Assembly (NCBI GenBank): GCA_965223015.1
Contig: CBDCVL010000011.1
Span: forward strand, 65,487-129,486
Reading direction: 5' to 3'
Length of the DNA stretch: 64,000 nt
Source of the DNA: Vicinamibacterales bacterium
GTDB taxonomy: Bacteria > Acidobacteriota > Vicinamibacteria > Vicinamibacterales > UBA8438
In this document: one piece after another, positions 17,368-27,007 of the stretch
Position numbering within the stretch: position 1 is the stretch's first letter
Layout of the letters: the number at the start of each line of letters is the position of its first letter
Notes under the pieces: model-generated
Databases searched by the model: none
Told to the model about the DNA's origin: nothing
The model's input: only the letters and a program-made list of their open reading frames with translations
Made by a program: the position numbers and the translations under genes

Positions 17368-19715
17368 AGTTGAAGTGTCGACCCTGCCCGCGGCGAGCTT
17401 TCAGGCGGTGATTGGTCTTGGATGTAGTACTGCTGATACTGGCTGCGGTAGTACTGTGAGTAGTAGTAGGCATTCCGCTCGAGATCGACACGGTTGAGCA
17501 CGCCACCGACGAACCAGCCGTTGGCGGCTTCGAGCTGGTCGAGCGCTTGCTGTGCAGCGCGGCGGCTGGTCATCTCGGCTCCGACCACGAAGATCACGCC
17601 AGCGGCGGCATGGGCCACGACGGAGGCGTCCGTCACCGCCATGACCGGTGGGGAGTCGATGAGGACCCAATCGAATAGCGCGATGAGGGAATCGAGCAGC
17701 GACGCAAACTTTGCCGAGCCAAGCAGCTCGGCCGGATTCGGGGGCGCTAACCCCGCAGGGAGGAGCCAGAGACCAGGCACCGATGTCTTACGAATCGCGT
17801 CCTGCGCCTTAGCTTCACCGACCAGGAGATTTGAGAGCCCAGGTTCTTGCGTACACTCGAGCGCTTGATGGAGAGCGGGTCGTCGCATATCGCCGTCGAT
17901 AAGGAGCACGCGCTGCTGCGACTGGGCCAGGCCGATCCCGAGATTGCTGGCGACCACCGTCTTCCCCTCGCCAGGGCCGGTACTGGTGATCACGAAGGAC
18001 CGTTTAGCGTCCGCGGTGGAGAACAGCACACCGGTGCGGACGGAACGGAACGCCTCAGAAAACTTAGCCGGCACGCCGTTGTTGATGAGTGGCGGCTCGC
18101 CCGTCTTGAGATGCTTCGATGGAACCTTTGGGATCATGCCGAGGGAGGCCAGGCCCAGGTGGGTCCTAAGCTCTTCCGGCGTCTTGATGCGATTGTCGAG
18201 ATACTCGAAGAAGAACGCCAACCCGATGCCACCGAAGCCGCCGATCAGCATGGCCATGAGGAGGAGCTGCCCCTTGCGCGGGCTCACGGGTGACCTGGGG
18301 ACCTCGGCTTCGTCAACGACCCTGATACTGCTGCTGCGCAGCTTGGCCGAGACCCCAGTCTCTTTGGCGCGCTGGAGGAGACTCGAATAGATCTCGCGGT
18401 TGCTCTCGGCCTCGCGTTCGAGGACGCCGTAGTCGATGCCGATCTCGTTCATCGCCAACGCTTCGTTCTTCTGCCGGTCGAGCTCACGGGAAAGACTCTG
18501 CTCCTGGGCTTGGGCAGTGAGGAACTCGTTATGAACCGACTCGACCACCTTGTCGATTTCCACTTGCAACCGCGCTTCGGCCGTCTGGGTGGCGGACGCC
18601 AGCGTGATCATGTCCGGGTGTCGAGGCCCGAGGTTCTCGGAGAGCTCGGCCTGCTCGCGTCGGAGGTCGGCGACCTCGGCGCGAATCGTCTGGATAAACG
18701 TATTGGCCATCACCGCGGGAAGCGCATCGATCGCCGACGGGTTGCCCGCGAGGGCCTCGAGCTGGCGGTAGGCAGCCTCTTTGGCAATCAAGTAGGTTCG
18801 GGCGGCAGTATGTGCCGCATTCAGCTCGGCGAGGCGTTGAACGACAATATTCTCTCGGTCTTCGAGCGAGATCGCATCGTTTTGTCGGCGGTAGCGGTAG
18901 AGAGCCGCCTCGCTCGCTTCCACGACCTGGCGCTGCTCGGTGAGTTGATCGCCCAGCCAGTCGCTGGCGTCCCGCGAGGTCCGGAATCTGAGCTCCTGGT
19001 TCTGTTCGATATACGCGTTGGCGTGGGTGTTGATGACCGCGGCGGCCAACTGCGGGTGAGGGGACCGGTACCTGAGGTCGACGAGTCGACTGTCGCGCAC
19101 GGGACTTGTCGAAAACCCTCCCAGGAACACGTTGACCGCCCGAGATTCGGCTCGGTTGTCGTCCTGATCCTCCGGGGTGGCGTCCCACACTCGCGACTCA
19201 ACTGGTGTCGGGGTTGACACGACGAGTCGAATGCCGTCGGCGGCGCGCGACGTGACCCAGTCAATGGCGTCGGAGATCAGCTCGGTCGGGTGAAACCCGC
19301 CATCGGTGACACCCAGGAAGACCGGATCGGCCCAGAGGTCGAGTGTGTCGAGCGTCGCGCGAACGAGCGACCGACTCCTGAGGAGTTCGTATTGCGTCTC
19401 GTAGTAGTCCTCCATCTGGTAGGACTGGCGTTCCGAGAGCACCTCCTGGAACTGCACCACGTTCGGTTCTTCGATCTCGATCAGCAGCCGCGCCCGTGCT
19501 TCATAGATCGGGGTCTGCGTGAAGGCATAGACGACGGCCGACAGCACGACCACCAGGAAGACCGTCGCGATCGTCCAGCGGCGCTTGTACAACACCTTGA
19601 CGTAGTCAAGCAGATGCGTGTCGTCACCGAGATACGCCTCCGCGTCGAAACGATCCGCCGCCCGCTCGGCCGCTGCGCGTGACGAAGGACGGTGGTCTTC
19701 GCGGTAATCAGCCAT
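17364..19715 (-). CDS. wzc: Polysaccharide co-polymerase / tyrosine autokinase (Wzc, GumC/EpsG type)
   Basis: 783 aa with an N-terminal Wzz-like domain and two TM segments. Walker A is TSTGPGEGKT, then LLIDGDMRRP and VLIDSPPV. The Tyr-rich tail is NAYYYSQYYRSQYQQYYIQ. Confidence 0.9.
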   Translation of the reverse strand: MADYREDHRPSSRAAAERAADRFDAEAYLGDDTHLLDYVKVLYKRRWTIATVFLVVVLSAVVYAFTQTPIYEARARLLIEIEEPNVVQFQEVLSERQSYQMEDYYETQYELLRSRSLVRATLDTLDLWADPVFLGVTDGGFHPTELISDAIDWVTSRAADGIRLVVSTPTPVESRVWDATPEDQDDNRAESRAVNVFLGGFSTSPVRDSRLVDLRYRSPHPQLAAAVINTHANAYIEQNQELRFRTSRDASDWLGDQLTEQRQVVEASEAALYRYRRQNDAISLEDRENIVVQRLAELNAAHTAARTYLIAKEAAYRQLEALAGNPSAIDALPAVMANTFIQTIRAEVADLRREQAELSENLGPRHPDMITLASATQTAEARLQVEIDKVVESVHNEFLTAQAQEQSLSRELDRQKNEALAMNEIGIDYGVLEREAESNREIYSSLLQRAKETGVSAKLRSSSIRVVDEAEVPRSPVSPRKGQLLLMAMLIGGFGGIGLAFFFEYLDNRIKTPEELRTHLGLASLGMIPKVPSKHLKTGEPPLINNGVPAKFSEAFRSVRTGVLFSTADAKRSFVITSTGPGEGKTVVASNLGIGLAQSQQRVLLIDGDMRRPALHQALECTQEPGLSNLLVGEAKAQDAIRKTSVPGLWLLPAGLAPPNPAELLGSAKFASLLDSLIALFDWVLIDSPPVMAVTDASVVAHAAAGVIFVVGAEMTSRRAAQQALDQLEAANGWFVGGVLNRVDLERNAYYYSQYYRSQYQQYYIQDQSPPESSPRAGSTLQL

Positions 19716-20602
19716 TAGAAAAACCTCTCGGGGACGACGATGGTGTCGCCCGCCTCGACGAAATCGTTCAGCTTGACCTTGATCTCTTGCTGCTCGTCGT
19801 TGATCACCCGGATGATTCGGACCCGGTTTGTCGCGCCGAACTCCGTGACACCGCCGGCCAGGGCCAGCGCTTGGAGGACGGTGGTGGCACGGCGGATCGG
19901 GAACTCGCCGGGCGCGGTGACCTCGCCGAAGACGAAGATCGTCTCGGCGCGGGCGACGAAGATGGTGTCGCCGTCTCGGAGCGCCACGTTCTGGGCGGGA
20001 CCCCCGCTCTGCAGGGCCTCGATGTCGACCGTGATGACGTTGGCGTCTGTGTCCTGGGCCTCGTCCGGCAGGGTCGGGCCACCGCTGCCGTCCCCACCTG
20101 CCTCAGTCGTGAGGTCTGCCGGTCCGTGTGGCGGTCGTCGCACCTTCTGCACGACCAGTGCTTCATTGGACGCCGTTGCGGTCGTCGACCCGGCACTGGC
20201 CAACGCTTCGATCAGCGTCATGCCGCCGGTGAGCGGGTACGTGCCTGGCGTCCGCACCTCGCCCACGATGAAGATCCGTTGGCTGCGGTAGTCCTCGATC
20301 GCCACCGTGACTTGGGGCGTGTTGAAGAACCCGTCAGCGAGGAGGCGGATCAGCTCGGCCTCGAACTCACGAATCGTGAGCCCGCCGGCGGGCACGCGCC
20401 CCACGAGCGGGAATGCGAATGTCCCATCGGTCTCGACGGTGTAGGTCCCGCCCAGGTCCGCCTGATTCCAGACGGTGATCGCGAGGCTGTCCTGAGGACC
20501 GATCACGTAGTCGGTGAGTTGGGCCCCGGCTGGCGGAGCCATCAGGATCACGATGACTACTGCCGTCAATGCACCTGTGCGGACGCGATGTCGCGGAGTC
20601 AT
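19715..20602 (-). CDS. wza: Polysaccharide export protein (Wza-like; Poly_export + SLBB)
   Basis: Start at MTPRHRV (ATG 20602). YVIGPQDSLAITVWNQADLGGTYTVETDGTFAFPLVGRVPAGGLTIREFEAEL, then SLBB-like repeats. The stop overlaps the wzc start (TAATG). Confidence 0.85.
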   Translation of the reverse strand: MTPRHRVRTGALTAVVIVILMAPPAGAQLTDYVIGPQDSLAITVWNQADLGGTYTVETDGTFAFPLVGRVPAGGLTIREFEAELIRLLADGFFNTPQVTVAIEDYRSQRIFIVGEVRTPGTYPLTGGMTLIEALASAGSTTATASNEALVVQKVRRPPHGPADLTTEAGGDGSGGPTLPDEAQDTDANVITVDIEALQSGGPAQNVALRDGDTIFVARAETIFVFGEVTAPGEFPIRRATTVLQALALAGGVTEFGATNRVRIIRVINDEQQEIKVKLNDFVEAGDTIVVPERFF

Positions 20603-20634
20603 AGTTCTGTCGCTCGAGGAAGGCGGACACCGAC

Positions 20635-20877
20635 CTACCGGTCCGTGAGGTTCGCCGGGCTGACCACACATTCGGAGCTTTCGCTCGGCAAGATGTAGTC
20701 GCCGTGAGCCAGATGGGCCTCGACGGCGGGGTCGGGTAGCTCGAGCACCACGACATTGCCATTGGCTTGATGACAGATCGCCACCTTTTCTGGGGGGGGC
20801 ATGGCGCCTACTGAGATCATCGTGATCGTGGCTCCGACTCCCGCTACGCCGAGCACCGTCCAACCTAGTTTCGTCAT
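20635..20877 (-). CDS. Small secreted/anchored protein with an ICH...AHLAHGD motif
   Basis: 80 aa. Hydrophobic N-terminus, then KVAICHQANGNVVVLELPDPAVEAHLAHGDYILP. ATGA overlap with the upstream gene. Confidence 0.55.
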   Translation of the reverse strand: MTKLGWTVLGVAGVGATITMISVGAMPPPEKVAICHQANGNVVVLELPDPAVEAHLAHGDYILPSESSECVVSPANLTDR

Positions 20878-21323
20878 CTGTCTTCTCCCTGGGCGACGGC
20901 CGATAGGCCGTCAGCGGTTACTGAAACATTCCCGATCTCTGTTCCCTCCGCGTCAAACAGTGTCCGGACGTCCGCGACACCGTCCCCGTCGGTGTCGCGC
21001 TCGTGCCGCTCGAGCGATTGATCCGGACGGTAGTAGCACCAGTGATCCACGGCGCCGTCCTCGTCGTCGTCGAACTCACGGCGCAGCAGCCGACCCTCCT
21101 CGAGATAGCTCCAGGTGTCGAGGCGCAGGTTGCCGTCCATGTCCCATGCGAGTACCTCGAGCTCTCCGGTTACGTCGTTCGCGATCTGTTTCACCCGTGG
21201 GTTGCGCTCGAACCGCTCGCCGTACGGGCCGCCCAGGCGATAGGCGATTACGCCCGAGGCAATGGCGAGGATGAGTCCCGTGACGAGGATCGGTGTCTCC
21301 CATCGTGAAGTCGGCCTGGACAT
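20874..21323 (-). CDS. Membrane-anchored protein with three DxDxDG-type (calcium-binding-like) repeats
   Basis: 149 aa. One N-terminal TM helix, then the repeats DMDGNLRLDTW, DDDEDGAVDHW and DTDGDGVADVR. Confidence 0.55.
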   Translation of the reverse strand: MSRPTSRWETPILVTGLILAIASGVIAYRLGGPYGERFERNPRVKQIANDVTGELEVLAWDMDGNLRLDTWSYLEEGRLLRREFDDDEDGAVDHWCYYRPDQSLERHERDTDGDGVADVRTLFDAEGTEIGNVSVTADGLSAVAQGEDR

Positions 21324-21333
21324 GGGTCTTGGG

Positions 21334-22059
21334 TTAGACCAGTCGCAGCTTGCCCTCGGCGTTCGGCCGCATCCCGTCGCGCGGCAGCTTCACCAAGCCC
21401 TTCTGACACGCATAGACCACCAGCTGCATCCGGCCCTTGAGGCGGAGCTTCTTGAAGATCCCCGTCAACTGATTGCGGACCGTCGCTTCGCTGACGCACA
21501 GCGCGTCGGCCACTTGATGGTTCGTCTGGCCCTCCGCCACGAGCGCGATGATCCGGTGATCCCGCTTACTGAGGGTCGGCTTCTTATTCCCCGGCGTGCC
21601 GTTGGTCGGGCGCAGCAGGTCAGTAATCAGTCGGGTCGTCGCCGAACGATCCAGCCAGACCTCCCCGGCGTGCACGCACGCGATCGCGTCAATCAGCATC
21701 GAGGGAGACTGATGCTTGAAGACCAGCCCGCGTGCCCCCACGCGAAACGCGTCAGATAGGAGTGCCGAATCGGTCGAGTTTGTGAGCAGGACGCACGGCG
21801 GATGACCGGTGCCGCCTTGGGCCAGCGTCGTCAGCGGTTCGACCGAATCGCGCGCCTCGTGATCAATCAGGGCCACATCGGCTGGTGCCGGGACGGGCGC
21901 CAGCGCGTCGTGCGCATCGCGCGGATGCTCTCGTTGGCCCACCACGGCGAATCCGTCTTCGTGGTCGATCAGCGCACGGAGGCCCGCCAAGGAGACCGGC
22001 TGGCTGCCCACGAGGAGCACGCGGATGATCGCACCCGTCGGCGTTGCTGCGGCGTTCAT
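21334..22059 (-). CDS. LuxR/NarL-family response regulator with an atypical receiver domain
   Basis: 241 aa. The C-terminal HTH is DHRIIALVAEGQTNHQVADALCVSEATVRNQLTGIFKKL. The receiver has LLVGSQ where the DD acidic pair is expected, but keeps ALID, T and K positions. Confidence 0.85.
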   Translation of the reverse strand: MNAAATPTGAIIRVLLVGSQPVSLAGLRALIDHEDGFAVVGQREHPRDAHDALAPVPAPADVALIDHEARDSVEPLTTLAQGGTGHPPCVLLTNSTDSALLSDAFRVGARGLVFKHQSPSMLIDAIACVHAGEVWLDRSATTRLITDLLRPTNGTPGNKKPTLSKRDHRIIALVAEGQTNHQVADALCVSEATVRNQLTGIFKKLRLKGRMQLVVYACQKGLVKLPRDGMRPNAEGKLRLV

Positions 22060-22089
22060 AGGGCGATGACGTGAGGGAATGGGTGTGAC

Positions 22090-23610
22090 CTAGCCTTAAT
22101 GCGTCATTTTTCTGAGCGAGCAATGACGCTTTGGGATTGAAAAAGGCCTTCCAGTGTGGTTGAAAGGTGGTGCAACCCAACGCCTTCTTCCACACATGAA
22201 AGGCCACTGACCGTGAGACGAAGAAAATCCGATTTGCATGCCCGTGTCAATAGGAATCTGCCGCTGGAGTTCGATGACGTTCGCCTCACGTCGTACGCCG
22301 GGCTGGAACTCTTGGAGCGCTACCTGCGCACCCGTCGCTTCAATCAGCTGGTGCGCGAGGCGTTTGCCGACCTGCCGCGCTGGGGCGACTTCGGGGTGGT
22401 GGTGATGGTGCGGGTGTTCGTCGGGTTGGTGATCGTTGGCGGCCGGCGCCTGCGGCATCTGGCCTACGTCGCCGACGACCCGATCTTCCAGCGGTTCGGC
22501 AACGTGCGCGTCGTGCCCACCGCGCGGACGTTGAGTCGGTGGCTGCGGCACTTCACGATGCGGACGGTCACCCGCTTCCAAGCCCTCAACGCGGCCGTCG
22601 TGCGCCAGCTGCTGCCCACGCTGGGGCTGCGCACCTGGACGGTCGATGTGGACGGCGTCGTCGTGTCGACGGGGTTGCAGGTCGAACGGGCGGCGCGGGG
22701 CTACAACCCGCACCAGCGGAAGGTGCCCAGCTACTACCCGATCATGGCGCACCTGGCCGAAACGACCCACATCCTGCGGGTCAAGAATCGGTCGGGCAAC
22801 GTCCACGATGGGAAGGCGGGCCTGCCGTTCTTGCGGGCCCTGTGGCCGCAGCTGGTCGGGCTACGCACGGGCGGGGCCCGGCTGCGGTTTCGCATGGATG
22901 GGGCGTTTTTCCGCCAGGATGTGCTGCGGTGGTTGCAGGGCCGCGGCGTGGGCTATGCCATCAAAGTCCCGTTCTATCGCTGGCTGGATCTGCAGCGCTA
23001 CATCCGGGACAGTCCCACCTGGGTGCCGGTGGCGCCCGGCGTGACCGGCTTCGCCGTGCCGGGCGCGGAGACGCCCTGGCACATCCCCGTGACCGTGACC
23101 ATCTATCGGAAGAAGGTCCACCACCGGGCCACCAAGAACTATCAGCTCGACCTGTTTGATCCTAACGATGGGCACTACGAATACTCGGCGGTCACGAGTA
23201 ACCTCGCGCTGACGGTCCGCAACTTGTGGTACTTCGCCTGTGGGCGGGGCAACCACGAGAAGACCATCGCGCAGCTCAAGACCGGGCTGGCCTTCCACAG
23301 CGTCCCGACCCAGACCTACGCCGCCAACAGTGCGTGGCAGCAGCTCGTGGTGCTCGCCCACAACCTGTTGACGAACTTCCAACTCGAGACGGGCGCCCCG
23401 CCGCGGCGCCGCACCCGGAAGCACACCGTCGTGCCCCTGCTGCAGAGCGTGCAGACGCTCCGCTTCGAACTGTTTCATCGGGCCGCCCTGCTGGTCCGCC
23501 CCGGTGGCAAGACGCGGTTGCGGATGACCGACAATCTCCCGACGCGTCAGACGTTCACCCGCATTGCCAACGCCCTCGCGAGCGGCTGAGTTTTTGACGC
23601 ATTAGGGCTA
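22090..23610 (+). mobile_element. IS1380-family element
   Basis: Inverted repeats CTAGCCTTAATGCGTCA (22090-22106) and TGACGCATTAGGGCTAG (23595-23611) around a single transposase gene. No target duplication was recognised. Confidence 0.8.
22156..23589 (+). CDS. IS1380-family transposase
   Basis: 477 aa (GTG start; GTG at 22213 is also possible). RLTSYAGLELL, ARGYNPHQRKVPSYYPIMAHL...RSGNVHDGKAG, RFRMDGAFF, YAIKVPF, GRGNHEKTIAQLK and LAHNLL parallel ISEcp1-type IS1380 transposases. Confidence 0.85.
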   Translation: MVERWCNPTPSSTHERPLTVRRRKSDLHARVNRNLPLEFDDVRLTSYAGLELLERYLRTRRFNQLVREAFADLPRWGDFGVVVMVRVFVGLVIVGGRRLRHLAYVADDPIFQRFGNVRVVPTARTLSRWLRHFTMRTVTRFQALNAAVVRQLLPTLGLRTWTVDVDGVVVSTGLQVERAARGYNPHQRKVPSYYPIMAHLAETTHILRVKNRSGNVHDGKAGLPFLRALWPQLVGLRTGGARLRFRMDGAFFRQDVLRWLQGRGVGYAIKVPFYRWLDLQRYIRDSPTWVPVAPGVTGFAVPGAETPWHIPVTVTIYRKKVHHRATKNYQLDLFDPNDGHYEYSAVTSNLALTVRNLWYFACGRGNHEKTIAQLKTGLAFHSVPTQTYAANSAWQQLVVLAHNLLTNFQLETGAPPRRRTRKHTVVPLLQSVQTLRFELFHRAALLVRPGGKTRLRMTDNLPTRQTFTRIANALASG

Positions 23611-23965
23611 GCTCCGCCCTCTCACTTACAGCGGAACTCACGGACGAGAGGACCCGCGTGGGATGCCTGTCGCGCAGACGCTCTCGGAGGGGCGGATCAT
23701 CTCGCGCTTTCGCCATTTTGGGAATCAGCGGTGGCTCCAAATTCTTAGAGGGACAGTGGTCCCGGGACGACGTGCGATCCGCGCCGCGGGTGTCCACCCG
23801 AGTCTGTGATCACGTCCCGGCTGATTCCCCCCACGAAGATGGGCGCCCCTGACGATGTCTGGGACGTCGGACCGAGCGACCTAGGACATCTCTCTTAGGC
23901 TGGGTAGGAGGGAACGAGGAGACGAGGCGTGCAGATGTGTGCGGGCGCGGCAGTGCTACGACCGG

Positions 23966-24682
23966 TTACGACGCGCTCGTTCGGCGGCGCGGCGTCGACG
24001 CGGAAGTGGCGCGGGCCGCGACCGCCTTCGGCGGCAGCTTGCTCAGTCGATGCTTGAAGGCGTAGAGGGCCAGCTGAAAGCGGCTCTTTACTTTCAGTTT
24101 GCGGAAGATGTTCGTCAAATGGTTGCGGACCGTGACCTCGCTAATGTGGAGCCGCGTGGCCATTTGCTGATTGCGCAGGCCTTCGCCCACCAGCGCCACG
24201 ACCTGCCGCTCCCGCTTGGTCAGGGTCGCGGTGCGGCGGCCCTCCGTGGTGGGCACGCCATCGCCGGCCGTCAGCTCCGCGAGCAGGTCCGTGGTCCCCG
24301 AGCGACTCAGCCAGACCTGCCCGTCCGCGACCTGGCGGATCGCGTCGAAGAACACGCTCGGGCGTTCCTTCTTGAGTACCGCGCCCTTCACGCCGTGACG
24401 GAACGCCAACGCGAGCGTGTCCCCGTCGAGCCTGCTGCCCAGGATCAGGACGTGGGTCCGTTGCGGGAGGTTCGGCGTGAGCACCGTCAAGAGATCGTTC
24501 GCGCGTCCATCGATGTCGAACACGATCACGTCCGCGATGCCGGGGTCGTGGGTCGTGCCGATCCGGACCACGACGAACTCCTCTTCTTGTTCGAGCACCA
24601 GGCGCAGGCCGTCGAGGACGAGATGCTGCTCGCCAAGGAGGAGAACTCGAATCACACGACGCGGTTGTTTGCCGGCAGTCAC
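23966..24682 (-). CDS. LuxR/NarL-family response regulator, paralog 2, atypical receiver
   Basis: GTG at 24682 (VTAGKQPRRVIRVLLLGEQ...). The HTH is KRERQVVALVGEGLRNQQMATRLHISEVTVRNHLTNIFRKL. It has GE in place of the DD pair. The longer ORF to 25171 runs through the IS30 copy and is chimeric. Confidence 0.8.
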   Translation of the reverse strand: MTAGKQPRRVIRVLLLGEQHLVLDGLRLVLEQEEEFVVVRIGTTHDPGIADVIVFDIDGRANDLLTVLTPNLPQRTHVLILGSRLDGDTLALAFRHGVKGAVLKKERPSVFFDAIRQVADGQVWLSRSGTTDLLAELTAGDGVPTTEGRRTATLTKRERQVVALVGEGLRNQQMATRLHISEVTVRNHLTNIFRKLKVKSRFQLALYAFKHRLSKLPPKAVAARATSASTPRRRTSAS

Positions 24683-24716
24683 TGGGTTGTCCGCTGGTCG
24701 TTCCTGCGTGCTCGCA

Positions 24717-25912
24717 TTCAACCGGTCGATGCAACGGATTCCGCGAGTATATCTGCCGGCGTCCGATAGCCGAGTGTCTTGCGTGGCCGCGTATTGAGCT
24801 CGCGCGCGATCCGATTCAGTTGAGTCTGCGTGTAGCGGGCGAGGTCGGTCCCCTTCGGCAGATACTGGCGCAGCAAGCCATTCGTGTTCTCGTTGGTCCC
24901 GCGCTGCCACGGACTGTACGGGTCGCAGAAATAGACTTGCACGCCGGTGGCGATCGAGAACGTGCGATGGGCTGCCAGTTCCAGGCCGCGATCCCAGGTC
25001 AACGTGGCCATGAGGCCGGCGGGCAACCGCCGCACGTGCTCGGTGAACGCTCGCACGACCGTGCGCGTCGTGCGCCCGGTCAGCCGGACGAGACAGACGT
25101 AGCGCGAGTGCCGCTCGACTAGCGTCGCCACGTAGGACTGGCGCGCGCCGGCGATCAGGTCGCCCTCCCAATGTCCCGGCACGGCGCGGTCCTCCACCGT
25201 CGCGGGGCGCTCGCGAATCGAGACGGCCCCGACGATGTAACCGCCCGTCTTCGGCGCCGTGGCACGCGGACGTCGCATCGTGCGTCGTTGGCGCAACTGC
25301 GCCTGCAGTGCCTTTTTGAGCACGCCGCGGCTCTGCACGAACAGGCTCAGGTAGATCGTTTCGTGCGACACGTGCATCGTCGGATCATCAGGATACGCCT
25401 GACGGAGCCAGCCGGCGATCTGTTGAGGCGACCACTTCTGCGCGAGCTTCGTGGCCACCGCGTCACGGAGGGGGGGTGGGTCACCAAGCGACACCGCTTG
25501 GGCCGCCGGCCGCGCGCCCACGCCGCCGCGTCGGCTCTGGCCGCCCGATACCACCGCCGCCCTCCGTGTCGACGCACCTCCCGACTCACGGTCGAAGGGG
25601 CGCGCCGCAGCTGGCGGCTGATCTGTCGCACCGACGTCCCGCGGGCCAGGCCGCGGGAGATGGCCTCCCGCTCCGGCAGCGTCAGCGCGAGACGGGAACG
25701 TTGGCGCGCCGGCGGGGGGATGCCGCCCGTCCGGGCCACCTCATAGCGCACCATCTTGGGAATCCGGCCTAGGGCACGGCCGATGGCATTGAGCGATTCC
25801 CCGTGTCGCCACCGGCGCCACACTTCTGCCTTCTGCGCCGCCGTCAAGCGCGGACCACGTCGTCGCACCATGAAACCTCCTTATCAGGTTCATGTTGCAT
25901 CGACCCATTGAA
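24717..25912 (-). mobile_element. IS30-family element (copy 2, different from copy 1)
   Basis: Inverted repeats TTCAACCGGTCGATGCAAC (24717-24735) and GTTGCATCGACCCATTGAA (25894-25912). Flanking direct repeat CGCA at 24713-24716 and 25913-25916. Confidence 0.8.
24718..25871 (-). pseudogene. IS30-family transposase, frameshifted in a C7/G7 run
   Basis: The N-terminal ORF 25347..25871 (HTH) and the catalytic ORF 24718..25554 (WSPQQIAGWL...VPGHWEGDLI...PWQRGTNENTNGLLRQYLPKGTDL) are offset by one base at the G7 tract 25469-25475. Confidence 0.8.
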
Positions 25913-26366
25913 CGCACCTGTGTAGACGCGACCAAACATAACACCGTTTCGAGCGTGATCGAGCGACACACTTATCACTGCGATAGGTGGATCCGCTACC
26001 TAAGCGTAGTGAGTGACGTCCGGACCGCGGGCAGAGCTTCGTCCCGACGAGCCCGCCAGGCAGAGAGAGTTCTCCCAGAGGACGAACTCTTTGAGCGTCG
26101 ACGTGGGAAGGGAGCGGTGGCGTCTCCCATGATTGCAGGCGCGCCTGACGGGGGCCGACCTTCCGCACCCGAAAGTCACTCGTGCGGCTGAGTTTTGTTC
26201 TCTGCCAACGGGGGGGGGTCTTAGGCTTTCCCCGTCCCTCCAAGCCGACCTGAGCTGCGCCTATCGGGGGCGAGAAACACGAAGAAATATCTTGCATCTG
26301 TGACGGGCGCGGCGTCTTTGCGTCTTCCTCACGTCCTCAGAGTCCGAAGTGTTACCCTTCAAAAAG

Positions 26367-26930
26367 ATGACCACGAAGCCGCGCCGTCACATCGGTGAGA
26401 TCATTCGGCGGCTGCGGCGCGAGAGGGGCTGGACGCAGGCCGAGCTCGGCAGGCGAGTCCAATTGCCCCATCCGCTCCGCGCGTGGACGATCTCGAAAAT
26501 CGAACGTGGTGTGACCGCCCCCACGGTGACCACGCTTGCCGCCATTGCTGGTGCGCTGGCCCGCTCGCCGATAGCGACTCGCGAGGGTCGTGCCGGCAGC
26601 CGGACAGCCAGCGTCGTCCCGCTGACGCCCCGCCGCGAACAGGCGTTCATGACGATCTGGCTGAATCCCCCTGACTGGGAAATCGTGCGCGTGACGTTCG
26701 CGCCAGGGCAAGACCCGCCTGCCCCCGCCGAGCTGCTGCTGGGCCGTCCCCCCGAGGATTTTTGGGCGCCCGCCGTTGCGGCACGGGTGCGACAGGTCTT
26801 GGACACCGTCCTGATCGGCCGGACGCGGACGCTGTACTACAAGGTGGAGCGGGATACCGGGACCCACTGGCGGCGGTGGCATTGCACGCGCGCGGGCGGC
26901 GGCGCGTGCGCACCGACATCTACGAGGTGA
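26367..26930 (+). CDS. XRE-family HTH protein with an uncharacterised C-terminal region
   Basis: IGEIIRRLRRERGWTQAELGRRV...ISKIERGVTAPTVTTLAAIAGAL is a Cro/C1-type HTH. The C-terminus is unrecognised and may continue in another frame (ORF 26762..26977). Confidence 0.45.
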   Translation: MTTKPRRHIGEIIRRLRRERGWTQAELGRRVQLPHPLRAWTISKIERGVTAPTVTTLAAIAGALARSPIATREGRAGSRTASVVPLTPRREQAFMTIWLNPPDWEIVRVTFAPGQDPPAPAELLLGRPPEDFWAPAVAARVRQVLDTVLIGRTRTLYYKVERDTGTHWRRWHCTRAGGGACAPTSTR

Positions 26931-27007
26931 GCGCCGACGAGGCCGAGCATGCCTCGGCGATCGAGTTGCTCATCTAGTGTCCTGTCACCCTGCCCGAGGG
27001 CCGAGCC

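Noticed and set aside
20785-20792. G/C homopolymer tracts (also 26211-26219, 57444-57451, 40446-40452) as phase-variation switches
   Set aside because: Most lie in frame within intact ORFs or in non-coding DNA with no adjacent gene start. Only the tract at 25469-25475 coincides with a frameshift, and that is covered under the frameshift finding.
23966-25171. 401-aa ORF suggesting a much larger LuxR-type protein
   Set aside because: Upstream of about 24717 the frame runs through IS30 copy 2 in a non-transposase frame. The receiver domain begins right after GTG 24682, giving a 238-aa protein that matches its 241-aa paralog.
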